Origin: Nemertoderma westbladi
Lineage: Eukaryota; Animalia; Xenacoelomorpha
Direction: 5' to 3'
Assembly: GCA_032718475.1 (NCBI GenBank)
Contig: JAUCBJ010001208.1
Location: 1 to 64,000 of the forward strand
Length of the DNA: 64,000 nt
The translations under genes and the position numbers were made by a program. The notes under the pieces are model-generated. The model did not search any database and was not told the DNA's origin. It saw only the letters and a list, made by a program, of their open reading frames with translations. Below, one piece after another: positions 22,320-34,899 of this stretch (position 1 is its first letter; every line of letters starts with the position of its first letter).

Positions 22320-24251
22320 TATAGAATTATATTCTCTAAATGCCGTGGATTTTCAAAATTTTTATTTTATTCGAATTAACTTTGTTAAAAGATTACATTA
22401 AGTCCTCATTTGTATTTGCTATATCTATTTGTACGATGATTAGTCAAGTGGTTCAGTAGCTCAGTCGGTAGAGCGTTGGAAATTATATGTAGTGTGTATT
22501 GAGTTCGAATCCTAGTAGGTGCGAATTATTTTTTGTGCAGAATTTCAACTCATTTAAATTGACCGCTACAAATTAATTGCATTTGCTCGAAGTAAGATTA
22601 ACCAATGAGACTGTAGTTATTAGATTGTAACCAATGTCGTACAAGTTATATATTTGCTGGACCAATAGCTATCTTTAAAAACCTGTTAGAACTCATAGAA
22701 CAATCGAGAATTTTCTCGATTGATTGCGGCACAAATTTGGTATAAAAGGTGCGATTTCGTTCATTAGTACACCACCACACACTTTATATCTAAAACCTTC
22801 TATATCTCAATCATTCGTGCTTTAGATTATCTTTATTAGTTATCTATTAGTTTCTTGTTACGTTTATGTATATCTTCTGTAATAAAGTCAGAATTATCGC
22901 TAATCTGCCCTTTTTCTATCTGTTTTACTATACTTCACCACGGTGAACTCAACTGAGGGACAGGATGGCTGGCTAAACATCGGGCCACAGCAATGAACGG
23001 GAACATCTAAGGAATGTAGACAGGAGACAACCCGCAATATCACTCTTAGTTATTCGCCCATCGCCTGAAAGGTTAGACAGCGTTCGATGCCTTGCTACCT
23101 AAGTATAAGACCAAAGATCGAAGGTAGAGGTAGTGACACGCTGTACGCCTAAAATTACATCTAGGGACTGTACTGTTTTAATTCAGGAAAAAACCGCAGT
23201 AGACCTTCATATTCCTACGGGGAGAGGAGAGAGCTCAGGCAGAGATACTAGTACGCAGATAGGACGTAGGCACACCGGTACAAAGCATACACATTGGTAG
23301 GGTGCAGCAAACTGTACGCCTAACTCTTGCTAAGTACAGGTGCGTCTGTGACTATTTGTAGTACAACGGTGTCCATTGCATTAGAACTTGTAGGCCAGGA
23401 GGGTTACTGTGTTTCACCTGAATTAGGATTGTACCGTTCAGGCGGTAGGGCAGTTTATGGCTAGGCGCAAATAAATTGAGGCTAATTAGGGATACTAACA
23501 TCTACCATGTCCCCGCCGACATCCTGATAGGAAGTTACCAAGCCCACCTAGGTAACCAAAATTCTAGATAGGACGCCAGGCTAGCTATTAGTAATTGTAC
23601 GCCTACTGTAGTAAACTAACACATTTCTTCTTAGTATTAGGGACCTGGTAAATAAAATTGCCGAATTCTGGGCGTAGTATTAACCTTATGCCTGAATTTG
23701 AGTCCTGGAAATACATGAAAGGGGAAGGAGCCTTATCATTCGTGAGTATTGGACCTACAAGTTATAAAATTAGAATATTTGCAAAATGCACACCGTACCC
23801 AGTAATTATATATATGAAGGAGCAAAACTGATCTTGACGGTTCAGAATTAACACACGCGGGTTAGAAATTATTTACACCTCAAAATATATAAAATTAACT
23901 TTTGTCCGTACTGCGCTTTGCCCGCTAGTTAGACATCTCCAGATCTCTGCACCTAGCTAGCGTCCTTTTCGCCCAACCATATAAATCACACTGCGGCAAA
24001 GTATACGAGCCCCTTAGTCCGTCAGTGAGTCAGCCTGATTTTAGGATTCGCTGCGCGGGATTTTGTTTTATCGAAGTTTGTCCGTTCGTAGACTGTTTTC
24101 TGCCTCACCGGTTATAAGAGACCGATACTGCAATATATTCGCTTACTTGGAGTTTACTGTTTTGGTGAGAAGGTCGGATTTATGATTTGATTCACAAACT
24201 TTATAGTATGATATTGCAGGATTTGTGTATTTGTTACTGTCTCTTCATATA
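22320..24251 (+). repeat. 3' LTR of outer BEL element (includes second tRNA-like unit ~22448-22534)
   Basis: Near-identical to 4750-6674; followed by TSD AGCCT. Confidence 0.95.
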
Positions 24252-24809
24252 AGCCTAATGCTTATATATAGCCGTTGGCAGGTTTTTTGACTTTCAGAAG
24301 CGATCAGACAAACGTCCATGCCGTTCCTGGATTCCATAATACTGTGTTAAACAACTGTCAGCTCGGTAGGCCTACTGCAGTACAGTGTACAGTACTACAG
24401 AATGACGTAATTTCCTGAGTTACGGCTATCAGTTGATATTATTTTGATTATTTCGAATTTAAGGAATCCTATTTAGATAATCGGAAATTTTTTGAAGCCC
24501 TTGACTGTTGGTAGACTATCTGGAACTGCTTTCTGACTGTTGGTGAGTTTTTCAGACTGTTGGTAGGTCTTTTTGACTGTTGTCCTCAATACAATAGTAT
24601 TGTCCTTAATTAGACCTATCCAACATTAGACATGTAAAAAAGAAGAATGCTTTCAGATGTGGTACTAATCTGATATCAGCTGTATATTTTACGGACTTTT
24701 GTAAGGCAAGCTTCATCTTCATGTTAAGCTATGTCCTAGAAAAATGTGTAGATACCTGTTATTTCTGGAATATTGGGCCGCGTTGCTCCCCGTGATGCTC
24801 CCGTGTTGC

Positions 24810-25112
24810 TCTGTGTGTCCCCCAAGCTTGACACTAGAACAAATCACCTCCGCTTTGCAGGACGTTGCTTTCGCCGTGAGGACCAGTCAGTGCATAATCT
24901 TGTACTTTGGCAGCCTCATGGAGTGAATAAGCATGGTGGACAGCCCATGACTTTCTTGAGATGCATCTTAAAGGACACTGGCCTTGAAGATGCGGATGAT
25001 CTAGCAAATGTCATGGGTGATAGGGAGTTGTGGCGGCGCAATTTTGTCAACAAGCCGGCAGAGCATTCTTAAAAATGCAGCTGCAATGCAGCATGCCGAT
25101 CCTAGTAGTAGT
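24810..25112 (+). mobile_element. 5'-truncated RTE-clade LINE 3' end
   Basis: LRFAGRCFRREDQSVHNLVLWQP...DRELWR; near-identical copies at ~32963-33335 and (minus strand) 41622-41900; followed by a hairpin and (TAG)n. Confidence 0.8.
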
Positions 25113-25989
25113 TGCAAGCGTTGGTAGGATCACATACCAGTATTGCGGTATTATTCCATATTGAAAAAGTCCCCTCAGGCGTGCGTCACTGTGTTGAAGT
25201 TACATATGTGCCAGCCCGCCAGACCAGATAGAATTAACATTATCCCTTCCCAGGTCTGTGTACAACGAAAACATTATTGTGCAGATGGAGACATACTCCA
25301 GCCACACCTGTTTCATAACCTTAATTCATTACTCAATAATCAGCCTTTCTTTAAATATAAATAACCTTTCTTTAGCAGTGTCTCTAAATATTGCGCTGTT
25401 ACTTGGAAAAGGGAGCCTAATTGACCACAGTAGGGGGGCGCCCTCTTCCCCTCTAATGCTATGTATGTACGTACATATAACTATACAGTTGGGAATGCAT
25501 TCGTTTCACCTGAGCTGACCATCCACTAGAGTTCAATATACCAGTCCTCTCCCATGAAATTGAGTATTGTAGGGTGTCCGTCAACCTTGTCAAATAGTTC
25601 TTCAGCAAGGTCTTGATCTATAAATGTTCCAGAACTTCCTGTTCTGGAACGGTAAGTAAGTGTAAGGCGTTCACTATATTACTGCTAAGTGCTACTGGTC
25701 TTATTGGAATGTAGTCTGACTTACAAAACGGGGAATTCTCTAACTGAATTCTCTAAATTTTCGATTTTGAGTTTGAGATCTTTGATGTTGTGTCACAATT
25801 TGATCTCTCAGGTGACAAAGGTAGCTCATATGTGATGGCTTTAAGGTGGGCATACGGTTAACACTTGCTTTGAGAAAAACAACTATATTTTAATTGTATG
25901 GTTTTTACAAAAGAATTATGATCTTGTACCACAAAGGTTTTCTTGTACGAGGGATTCTGGAGTTGGAGGCTACTCTCATGTTCCACCCC

Positions 25990-27345
25990 GACCAACAAAG
26001 CCATTGGTGAATCTGAAGCAAGTCACTAGACTAGCCTCAGTAAACACCCTAACACTCGGGTCCCCAATGCGACAAGGTGAGCTGACTGCCTTGGCAGATA
26101 AGCTTTCTCTTAGCCCAGTGGGTGTTCAAGAGCACAGAATGCAGACTGGACAGACTGATGAGGTTCTGATTAAGGACATGGGGGGGTGGGCGGTTGGCGA
26201 TCAGGCTCGCTTCAGCAGATGATAGTGGCAATGGTGGAATTGGTCTATTGATGAATCCAACTGCACATGCATCATTGGACAAAATAGACCAAATCTGTAA
26301 CCACATCATCCGTTGTCACTTCTCATGTTCTGGAAGACTGGCTAAGAAGTTTCCTAAGGTGGTTCTGATTGTGTGCTACTCTCCAACTAGTGTTGCCCCT
26401 GTAGGTGGACAATTTCTACCACAATCTACAAGCAGCTACTGATGGAGTGGATTAGCATGCATTATTAACATTCCTGGGAGACTTTAATGCAAGTCTGCAT
26501 CAATCACCTATATCGCCCTGGGTCTATAGCAATAGTGTTAACCGAAATTCTGTCCATCTTCAGGATTTTATCTCTGGAAATGGATTGTTTTCGGCTGGAA
26601 CGCAGTTCAAGAAGCGAACTGCAAAGCTATGGACTCATAGTGGACCCAGTGGTCACAAGTACCAGATAGACCATATTCTGTTTCGTAGGAAATACAGGAG
26701 CTCTATACTAGACTGTAATGCATTTACATTTCGACCCTTCTCCAGTGATCACCGCCTTATTGTGGCCAAGGTAAGACTTAGTCTGCATGCTAGCAGAACA
26801 ACGAAATCTGCCTTGCCGCGGCATGACTGGTCCTCTCTGTTGCAACAACCAAGTGTGAGATTCAGCTTCACACTACAGCTGAGCAACAGGTATGAGGTTC
26901 TTGCCTCTGAGGCGGCAGATCACTGTGAGGGCTATACTGCCTTCACAGAGGCAGTTAAGTTAGCAGCTGCAGAAACAGTTCCTGTTTATCCTCGAAACAG
27001 GAAACGGGCCCCCTGGACTGACAACAAAATTCAGAAGTGCCGAAATGACCTTTATAAGCGCAGAAAGAGTCCCGACTCGAACAGACTACAGCGGCCAAGA
27101 ATGCAGTTAAGGCTTCATGTAGGTCCCTGAATGAATAGGCAGTACTTTGTTAATCTACAGGAGCGAATAAACCAACAGGTTGATGCCATCAATGTTGCTG
27201 ACGACAGCAGGCAATCATCCCAGGCATGGAGATCGATCAACTTGCTTACTGGTCGAAAAAGCCAACCAACCACCAAGGTTAAGGCTGAATCACCAGCCGA
27301 ACGCCTCAATGGTTGGAAGGCCCACTTCGAAAAGCTCCTCAATAA
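25990..27345 (+). pseudogene. RTE-like LINE fragment: AP-endonuclease domain and linker, frameshifted
   Basis: VGVQEHR, GGIGLL, VCYSPT, GDFNA, QIDHIL, SDHRLIVAK motifs spread across frames. Confidence 0.85.
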
Positions 27346-27895
27346 TGACAGGGTATTGCTTTGGCATTGCTTTGTTATTTTGCTTTTATTTCATCTATTA
27401 CCTTAATGTGGAAAAAATAAAGAGATATTCATATTCATTGAGACGGTAATGTAAGCCTCGTCTTTTATTTACTTTTGTTTGTATATTGTTTATATATTGT
27501 TTATTTATTATGTGTATCAGGTTACTGCACTGGTCCGTCCTTCTCGAGATATGACTGTATCCGTTTGACTGTCGGTCTGTCCGTCATTATGTCTGTCCGT
27601 CAATAGAAAGCATACTTATCTGTCTAAAAAATTTCCTATATGGGTTTTTGGGGTCCGGATTTCATTTCTGATGTCATTATTCAAAATCGTCGTTTCTGTA
27701 TGTATGCCTGTCAGTCTGTCCGTCATAATATAACCGACAGACTAAAAGCCAAACAGACAATTTGAAAGTCCTGAAAATGTTAAAACTAACACTCGAAATG
27801 AATTCTGCGACCAGAAAACCATGTCATTAAAAAAGGCAATACCCTGTCAGGGTTGACAGGGTCAGACATTGACAGACATTGACAGGGTACTGCTG
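27342..27895. mobile_element. DINE-1/HINE-like non-autonomous rolling-circle (Helentron-associated) element
   Basis: Inverted TGACAGGGTATTGC (~27346) / GCAATACCCTGTCA (~27836), internal GTCTGTCCGTC microsatellite, terminal stem-loop region. Confidence 0.5.
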
Positions 27896-27937
27896 TATCA
27901 TTGGATGTGTTGTACTGTATTAAATAAACCCACCAAC

Positions 27938-28132
27938 CTTCACATTGATTAGAACAGAAACCCCAATGCCCTGAACTGGATATGAAATTCCCACCGCTTT
28001 CTACTTGAGTTGCACACCATGGCTGGGTTTTAGGTTCAATAGCGCAGTTGGTGTACTCATTTCCATTGTCGGTGAATGGGAAGACGCAGTTCCAGTTGGG
28101 TCGTGGTCCTCCCAGTGTTCTGCAATCCCGTA
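27938..28132 (-). CDS. Host exon encoding a fibronectin type II domain (missed by the ORF track)
   Basis: Acceptor attgcAG, donor GTTGGT, 195-nt phase 1-1 exon: RDCRTLGGPRPNWNCVFPFTDNGNEYTNCAIEPKTQPWCATQVESGGNFISSSGHWGFCSNQCE. Confidence 0.88.
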
Positions 28133-29228
28133 CTGCAATCAGTATAAGAAGGTGAACAGTCTCTGGTCATATAGATGGGTGATATTGGAGTTAACTCACA
28201 GCACTCAATGTAACACTGTAACTGTATTGGGATGGATGGAGGGACAGAGTCGTTCAATGTTTATGTAAGCCTACTCGCGATTAGTTCAATGTTCTCCCGC
28301 TAAAGGGCTTAATCTAAACATGAAATGTTCATTTATACCTACCACTTTTTTTTAATATATACACTCCGAGTGGAGTAAATTTAATATTTTAATGAAATAT
28401 ATAATGTCTACATACTGTAAATTAAAACAATGTCAACTAAAATTTGGTGTAAACACCAAAACATAAAAAAGTGAATCTGTTTATAAAAAACAGTGAATTA
28501 AACTTAAACTGATTTGGCTCCAAGCTGGAGACTGGGACGGACATTTTTTGCAATGCAGTAAGTACATGGTATCTATTTATAGATACATCATTGCAGTATT
28601 TGGAACTACAGTCCTTTGTGATTGGGTGGAATGGCGTTGAATTATCACAGACTTTACAAGGAAAACCATGTGCCGTGAGTCTTGTTACCAAATGTCGGTT
28701 CCGTTGCAGTGGATTCCGCCAAACACTGCAGAGGTACAGTCCATGTGCAAAATGAGTAAATCTGTAGTATAGTTTGGTTATAATACGTAGTTTATTGTTT
28801 TAATCTTAAACATTATTTTAATCTCAACAAATGACAAATATATAATATAATGTTAAACGTGACACCACCACCAGATAACTCATAATATAATACAGTAATT
28901 ACTGTTTGACCTGATGGTCCATATGAAACGAATCATTAAGAAGAGTTGGCAATATCCCAGTGATAGTGGGTTATTGCGGTTATTATGTAACTAATACATT
29001 ATACAAGTACATTATATGTTATATGAGTTAGTTGATACTATACCAATCTGATAGGTGAAAAATAAGTAAGAGGTGAAAAATAAGTAAGCATGGTGTTGTA
29101 TGTAATGTACATGATACTGTACATAGAACAATCATGATGCAATAATCTTAATTCTTCATTTTCTTTGAAAGTAGTTTTGCCATTATTTGTTGCCAATTAA
29201 TTTATTAATGGGTAACAACCACCCTAGT

Positions 29229-29410
29229 TTGTGGGGCGAGCCACGAAGTGAGCCTTAGTATATGGGTGCGATTAACGAGTTGTCTGTCGTCGTCGTCGAC
29301 GTAAATTTTTGATCGCCAATAACTCGGTTATTCATTGATGAAATTAAACGAAACTTATGTAGTATGTATACGTATACGTAGGTACGTATGTAGTCCGGCA
29401 AAAGTTTAGA
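29229..29410 (+). repeat. DINE/HINE-like repeat end; inverted relative at ~35365-35526
   Basis: TGTGGGGCGAGCC...GTCTGTCGTCGTC...AAATTAAACGAAACTT; reverse-complement similarity to 35365-35526 and to the ends of 31614-32250. Confidence 0.55.
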
Positions 29411-29808
29411 AAGAATCTCAAGTTTGGTCAAAAACGAACGAACGCAACGAGTTTACAGTGGACATGAGAATCTATCTGCCATAAATCAGCAGTTATAATG
29501 GTCGTTAGTCTCCGTTTAGGAAAATTATTTTAAGACAAAACACGAAGAGCGCAACGAGGCTAATGAAGGACAAGAGTATTGTCAACAGTATCACAAACTG
29601 ATAGCATCGCCTTCACTCATATATATTTTAGGAAAGACAGTTTTCGTATATCTAATAGAGATTACTATAATATACTTTCTAATATAGGCTCTCGTGCTGC
29701 GAACGTGTATTACTTTGCTTTAGTGCTTCTTTCTATGTATGATGAATGTTACGTTAGACATGTGGGGCGATCGATAACGATAGCCATGTAAGTCCAGTTG
29801 AGCTTTAA

Positions 29809-31386
29809 CCCTATTAGTACCGGGCTATAAAATGTTGTACAAATACCGGAGGGGGGGTCATATTGACCCCCCCTCTAAAATCTACAAATATTTACGAAAA
29901 CGTCTGATTTTTTGTTTGTACGTAGGTATCACTTGTCTGGATCCGACCGAAAAAAAAAATTTCGAAAGAATGTACTTGGGTGGTTATATTGCAGCACCAA
30001 ATTTACAAGTAGTGCACAATTTTCACAAAATTTGAAAGTTACATTTTCGGCTTAATTATTTTTCAATACAGGTTTTCTGGGGCGCAAAATACATTGGAAA
30101 ATATTTAAAAATAATATGATTACTATAAATGGCTGTTTAGTCCTCTCTGCGTAGGAAAAAAATGAAAAAAACAAGTAACCAGCACTTTTCAGTTAGAACA
30201 CAAAATTTTTAATTCACTTATACGATGCTATAAATTCACATTTTCAGGTTTTCGAGGGCCCTGATTCTAATGGAATACATTTCTTATATGCCAGATCATT
30301 GCTACTTGTATTTTTCGGCGTAATTTGGCAGATTTTGGTGCTAGCACCAAATTTCGTACCCATTACCAAAAAAGTACAAGTTTGCGATGTCCAGTGCTGT
30401 TTTTATTGATTCCATCGGATTCAGGACCCTCATAAACCCGTATAACGCAAAAAACAAGATAATACTATCTTCTGATCAATTTGTTTATTTTCCAAAATTT
30501 GGTGCTGGCACAACAATTTTCACCCACCGGCAAAAAAAATACAAGTTTGAGAACTCTTATGAAATTTTTGCTGATTCCATTGAATTCAGAACCAGCAGAA
30601 ACCCGTATAACGCAAGAAACAAGGTGACACAATCAATTGATTTATTTGATGGTTTTCAAAATTTGGTGCTAGCACCACATTTTGCACCCACATCCGAAAA
30701 ATACAAGTTTGAGATGTCTAGTTCGATAATTATATATTCAATTGAATTCAGAACAGCCATAAACCTCTAAAACGCAAGAAATAAATTGTCACAAGCAATT
30801 TTATCTATTGAATTAATTTTCAAAATTTCGTGCTAGCACCAAAATTTGCACACAGCACCGAAAAATACAAGTTTGATACGCTTGGTGCAACTCTTATATA
30901 TTTAATCGAAACCAGAACCCCAAAAAACCCCAATTGCGTAAATAACAAGTTTCAAACAATCAATTTACAAAATTGACATATTTCAAAATTTGGTGCTGGC
31001 ACCACAATTTGGCACCCACCGAAAAAAACAAGTTTGAAATTTCTAAATCAATTTATATGAATTACATCCAATTGTTAACACCAAAATACCGCTGTAAATC
31101 AAAAATTGAGATGTTACAATTCATATTTAATGAAATGTAATATTCAAAAAACGTCTCAAAAAAAGTGCCAAAAGTAGGGTTAAAAAATGGTGCTATAACA
31201 CGAAAACTACCCTATATTTTTGAAAAAGGTTTTCACTACGAGGAAGACAATAGATTTTTAGGAAAAGTCAAAAAATTTCAGATTCCCAACTGCGTTTGTT
31301 TCAGAATTATAATAAAAAAAACACGAGGGGGTCATATTGACCCCCCCCCACCACCCCCCCCCCCCCCCCCCCCGTGTTTAATAGGG
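29809..31386. mobile_element. Non-autonomous piggyBac-like element with internal ~125-bp tandem repeats
   Basis: TTAA|CCCTATTA...TAATAGGG ends, subterminal GGGGGTCATATTGACCCCC palindromes; second copy at 59313-60919. Confidence 0.75.
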
Positions 31387-31613
31387 TCTTTAAGGCCTAT
31401 ATATAACTGAGAGTTTTCGAGGAGAATGCAGGACAGATTTTATACTACACCATCTTCCTTAATGCAACAACCATTTTAGCAATTCAGTAATTCGTCGATG
31501 CCATTAAAATTTAAATTTCAAGTGTTTGAAGTTTGTATACCAAACTCTCTTATTTATGGTGTAGAATCTCGGTTAAGTAATGATGTACAAGGGATACAAA
31601 AACAGTACACGTT

Positions 31614-32130
31614 CGTGGGGACTTCGCGCAGCACGTAGTCGGCAAGCCTTGGCATACGGTTCATATAGAGCAAATGGGGCATGTCTAGTTTGGACCCCAT
31701 TTCCCATGCTATAAATGTATTCATTCGATATACAATCATATGTTAATCCGCTAGGTGGTGTCAAATTGTTATTCTGCAATTTCGTACTTACCAGTGCAGC
31801 ACTGTACAGCAGTACCGTACCGGTAGGCCTATGTCATTACTTCTGAGTCTCTAGCGGATCCCCAATTAAATGTCTTAACTTTTCAATTTCGTAAAAGATA
31901 GACTTCATGATTCTCTACAGGCCACCAAAATTTCAGCTCAGGAAAATGAGGCCTTCCCGAGAAATTTAACATTTTCTAAAAACCACATAATCTGTCGTAG
32001 CTGACGTCAGACTGCATGATTTTTCACCAAACTTTACAAACTTTCTAAACTTTCTCTCTACTACTTACCTACTAAGTTTGGTTCAATTCCGAACCAGCTA
32101 TGCCGAGATATTCGCGTTCAAACATTTACC

Positions 32131-32182
<52 letters not shown>

Positions 32183-32250
32183 GGACATGCCCCATTTGCC
32201 CTATATGAACCGTATGCCAAGGCTCGCCGACTACGTGTCTCGCCCCACAA
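31614..32250. mobile_element. MITE/HINE-like element with ~75-bp terminal inverted repeats and (GACA)n
   Basis: 31614-31686 is the reverse complement of ~32184-32250; AGAC microsatellite 32131-32182. Confidence 0.7.
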
Positions 32251-32717
32251 TATGTATCGAGTAAAAATACTTCTTAGAGTAAGAATACAAAGGCCCCCAA
32301 TGCCATCTACATGTTATAACTTGGTCTTCCGAAGTTGTAGACACGAATTAATTGTTAAATTCCTTTCAAGGTTCCTAAATAAATATAAATAAACACAGCG
32401 CCAGACCTCTTCCCCTTCCACCAAGCATATGACATTTTACGGCTCAATATAAGATATATGCCTGATTATGCTACAAAGTTTAAGTTTTGACATGCATGTA
32501 GGCCTACTGTACCACATGCTGCTTCGCTGTGAGGAAGTTGATTGAACCGTAGTTTCCAGTTTTCCAGTTGTTAATAGGCGAAATGTCTAAGAGTAAAAAC
32601 CTTCTTTATTCCTTAATGCTGAAACTTTTCTACTGCGTAAAAGTGATTAGCCGATATCTGCCTAAATTGTACTTACAGTATAATTTTTTGAGTTAACACT
32701 TAGTAATCCGAACTTAC

Positions 32718-32836
32718 TTGGCTGCTTCTTTGCTTCACCACAGACTATCATGAGTGCACTAATATTTGCAACAGGTAACTCTGAGGCGTAAAATCCTGGA
32801 TTACATTTCGTGTTGGTACCAGTGTAGTCGACACCA
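32718..32836 (-). CDS. Exon 4 of secreted beta/gamma-crystallin-domain gene
   Basis: ttacAG|...|GTAAGT; continues WQLY-SGVDYTG...ISALM; ends in phase 1. Confidence 0.85.
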
Positions 32837-32962
32837 CTGTAATTAATACATCTCATGATTAATTAAAGTAACGCCACATATGCGATGTAGGCCTATTCAG
32901 TATACTGTATTGCTGTTACAATATTGCTGTTAGTTATACTGCAACAGCAGCTTATCAATCAA

Positions 32963-33335
32963 TTTGGGTTCATTGTGTCAAGTACAATGCACACATCTCC
33001 AACCAGACACTATATAACATTGGAGGTGTCTCATTGATTCCCCCAAGCTTGACACTAGAACAAAATCGCATCCGCTTTGCAGGACATTGCTTTCGCCGTG
33101 AGGACCAGCCAGTGCATAATCTTGTACTTTGGCAGCCTCATGGAGTGAATAAGCATGGTGGACAGCCCGTGACTTTCTTGAGACGCATCTTAAAGGACAC
33201 TGGCCTTGAAGATGCGGATGATCTAGCAAATGTCACGGGTGATAGGGAGTTGTGGCGGCGCAATTTTGTCGACAAGCCGACACAGCATTCTTAAAAATGC
33301 AGCTGCAATGCAGCATGCCGATACTACTACTATCA
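32963..33335 (+). mobile_element. RTE LINE 3' fragment inside a host intron
   Basis: Same family as 24810-25112; ends in the GCTGCAATGCAGC hairpin and (TAC)n. Confidence 0.8.
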
Positions 33336-33666
33336 ATCAATCAGCAGGTTGACGGTATCAACAATGCCAATATATGCACACTGTATGCATGCAATAAGAA
33401 TATGAAACTAATGTATATTTTATACTCAGAGCCTCAGCAACTGGGCCACTGTCTCTCTCGATTAATTTACAGTACCTTCTAATTCGGCATCCTTTTATAC
33501 AAGCATTTATTAGATTTTATTTCATCAATTAATATTAATATTTATTTTATTTTATAATCAATCCATGGCTTTATTAAATTTAAAAAAATGTATATATTTT
33601 TTTTATTAATTATAGTTCTACAGTAGATATTTGATGACAGAATATTTTAAGTCTAATAGGAAATAC

Positions 33667-33817
33667 CTGTATAATTGCCAAGGAAAGATTCCTGTAATTA
33701 TCATGGAACTGGCGATGTTGTCAAATCCATTGTTTCCCAAGTCAGGGACGTTGCACCTGCTGTCTGCGTCAGCGTCTACTTTGTATACCGGAGCGTTACA
33801 TGATATGAAGGAGTTTC
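33667..33817 (-). CDS. Exon 3 of secreted beta/gamma-crystallin-domain gene
   Basis: tattAG|...|GTATTT; 151 nt, phases consistent with neighbours; VPDLGNNGFDNIASSMIITGIFPWQLY. Confidence 0.85.
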
Positions 33818-33854
33818 CTAATAATCACAAGAATACTCGCATATGTAAAAAATA

Positions 33855-34188
33855 GGGGAGTCATCTCAGCCTAAGGGGAGAGTGTTCTCAGTCTAGGCTG
33901 AGATAACTGGTGAGTGTTCCCAGCCCAGGCTGAGACGACTGAGGAGTGTTTTCAGCCTAGGCTGAGATGACTGGGGAGTTAATTTCAATATCTCAATGTC
34001 AATATCTCAGCCTTTCAGCTCGCTGTGCACCGGGTCACATTTAGGTTGTGTGATCATCTCCAACTCTTTCAGCCCGCTGTGCACCGGTACACATTTAGGT
34101 TGTGTGATCATCTCCAACTCTTTCAGCCCGCAGTGCACCGGGTCACATTTAGGTTGTGTGATCATCTCCAACTCTTTCAGCCCGCTCT
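33855..34188. repeat. Two intronic minisatellites: ~32-bp palindromic unit (CTCAGCCTAGGCTGAG) x4 and 60-bp unit x3
   Basis: Directly visible at 33855-33980 and ~34006-34188. Confidence 0.85.
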
Positions 34189-34245
34189 AACTCAAATCTG
34201 TCCAAATTGTAAAGAACACTTTGTGTTACTTAGAATTATATTTAC

Positions 34246-34403
34246 CATTGAAATCTGTTTGATCGAATAAAATCAACCCTGATTTAGGTATGACTCTGAG
34301 GGAACTGATCTTGTCGGCAGTGGCTGGAAGTTGGGAACTATTATAACTTCCGAAGGTAACAATATCTTTGGCCCCGTCGAAATCACCGTCGTACAGAATC
34401 CAA
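34246..34403 (-). CDS. Exon 2 of secreted beta/gamma-crystallin-domain gene
   Basis: ttctAG|...|GTAAAT; 158 nt; WILYDGDFDGAKDIVTFGSY...DKISSLRVIPKSGLILFDQTDFNG. Confidence 0.88.
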
Positions 34404-34690
34404 CTAGAAAATATAAGTAGAAAAATTAAAAAATGAATATGAAACCTTGAAATAAATATATATAATATAAAATATAATATAAAAATAATATATCTCTATA
34501 AAAGATAAGGAGAGGTTGATAGTCTGGTTGCTTTTAAAGAGGAGCAATTGTCTTGCTTCTGATTGTGTAAGTAATACGTACAGAAGACATTCCAGGCCTA
34601 CAGTAGTTAAACTCTCAGTGCGTGTAAATTTTACTGATTTTTGAAATGTTTCATTTAATATCTTCCTAACTAATAATAATTTATACTAAC

Positions 34691-34899
34691 GTTCCACAGA
34701 TGACATTTATTGATGATACAACATTGTCGAAAGAATCAAGGTCTAGGTTTGCTGTGTCGGTTTCGGCATATTTGTCCACTTTTGTTCCTGTTTGCCCATC
34801 TTCATCGTACAATTCAATGTGCGAATCACATCCCTCAACCTCTTGACCTCTACCCAGAATTGGTGTCAGGGTAAATATTGCAAAAATAAGTAGAATCAT
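34691..34899 (-). CDS. Exon 1: signal peptide plus first Greek-key motif of a beta/gamma-crystallin-domain protein
   Basis: MILLIFAIFTLTPILGRGQ signal; IELYDEDGQTG...FDNVVSSINVICG; donor GTTAGT at 34690. Confidence 0.85.

Larger units (their letters stand above)
4750..24251 (+). mobile_element. BEL/Pao LTR retrotransposon (outer), internally deleted, with an extra third ORF
   Basis: Two near-identical ~1.93-kb LTRs, 5-bp TSD AGCCT (4745-4749; 24252-24256), gag start at 7478, BEL-type integrase C-half 16341-17192, PPT-like GGAGCGG immediately before the 3' LTR. Confidence 0.95.
4001..24621. mobile_element. Non-autonomous Mutator-like (MULE/foldback) element, ~1.1 kb of its own sequence, inflated by a nested LTR retrotransposon
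   Basis: ~360-bp TIRs (4001-~4362 GGATAGGTCTAATTAA...; ~24262-24621 ...TTAATTAGACCTATCC) and exact 9-bp TSD AACATTAGA (3992-4000; 24622-24630). Confidence 0.9.

Noticed and set aside
25140-25645. Exon-like minus-strand segments (TGSSGTFIDQDLAEELF...; VAGVCLHLHNNVFVVHR)
   Set aside because: In-frame stops and only a faint NHL-repeat resemblance; cannot assign.
28570-28761. Cys-rich minus-strand exon (kringle- or chitin-binding-like)
   Set aside because: The frame compatible with the upstream exon hits a stop, and the Cys spacing is not diagnostic.
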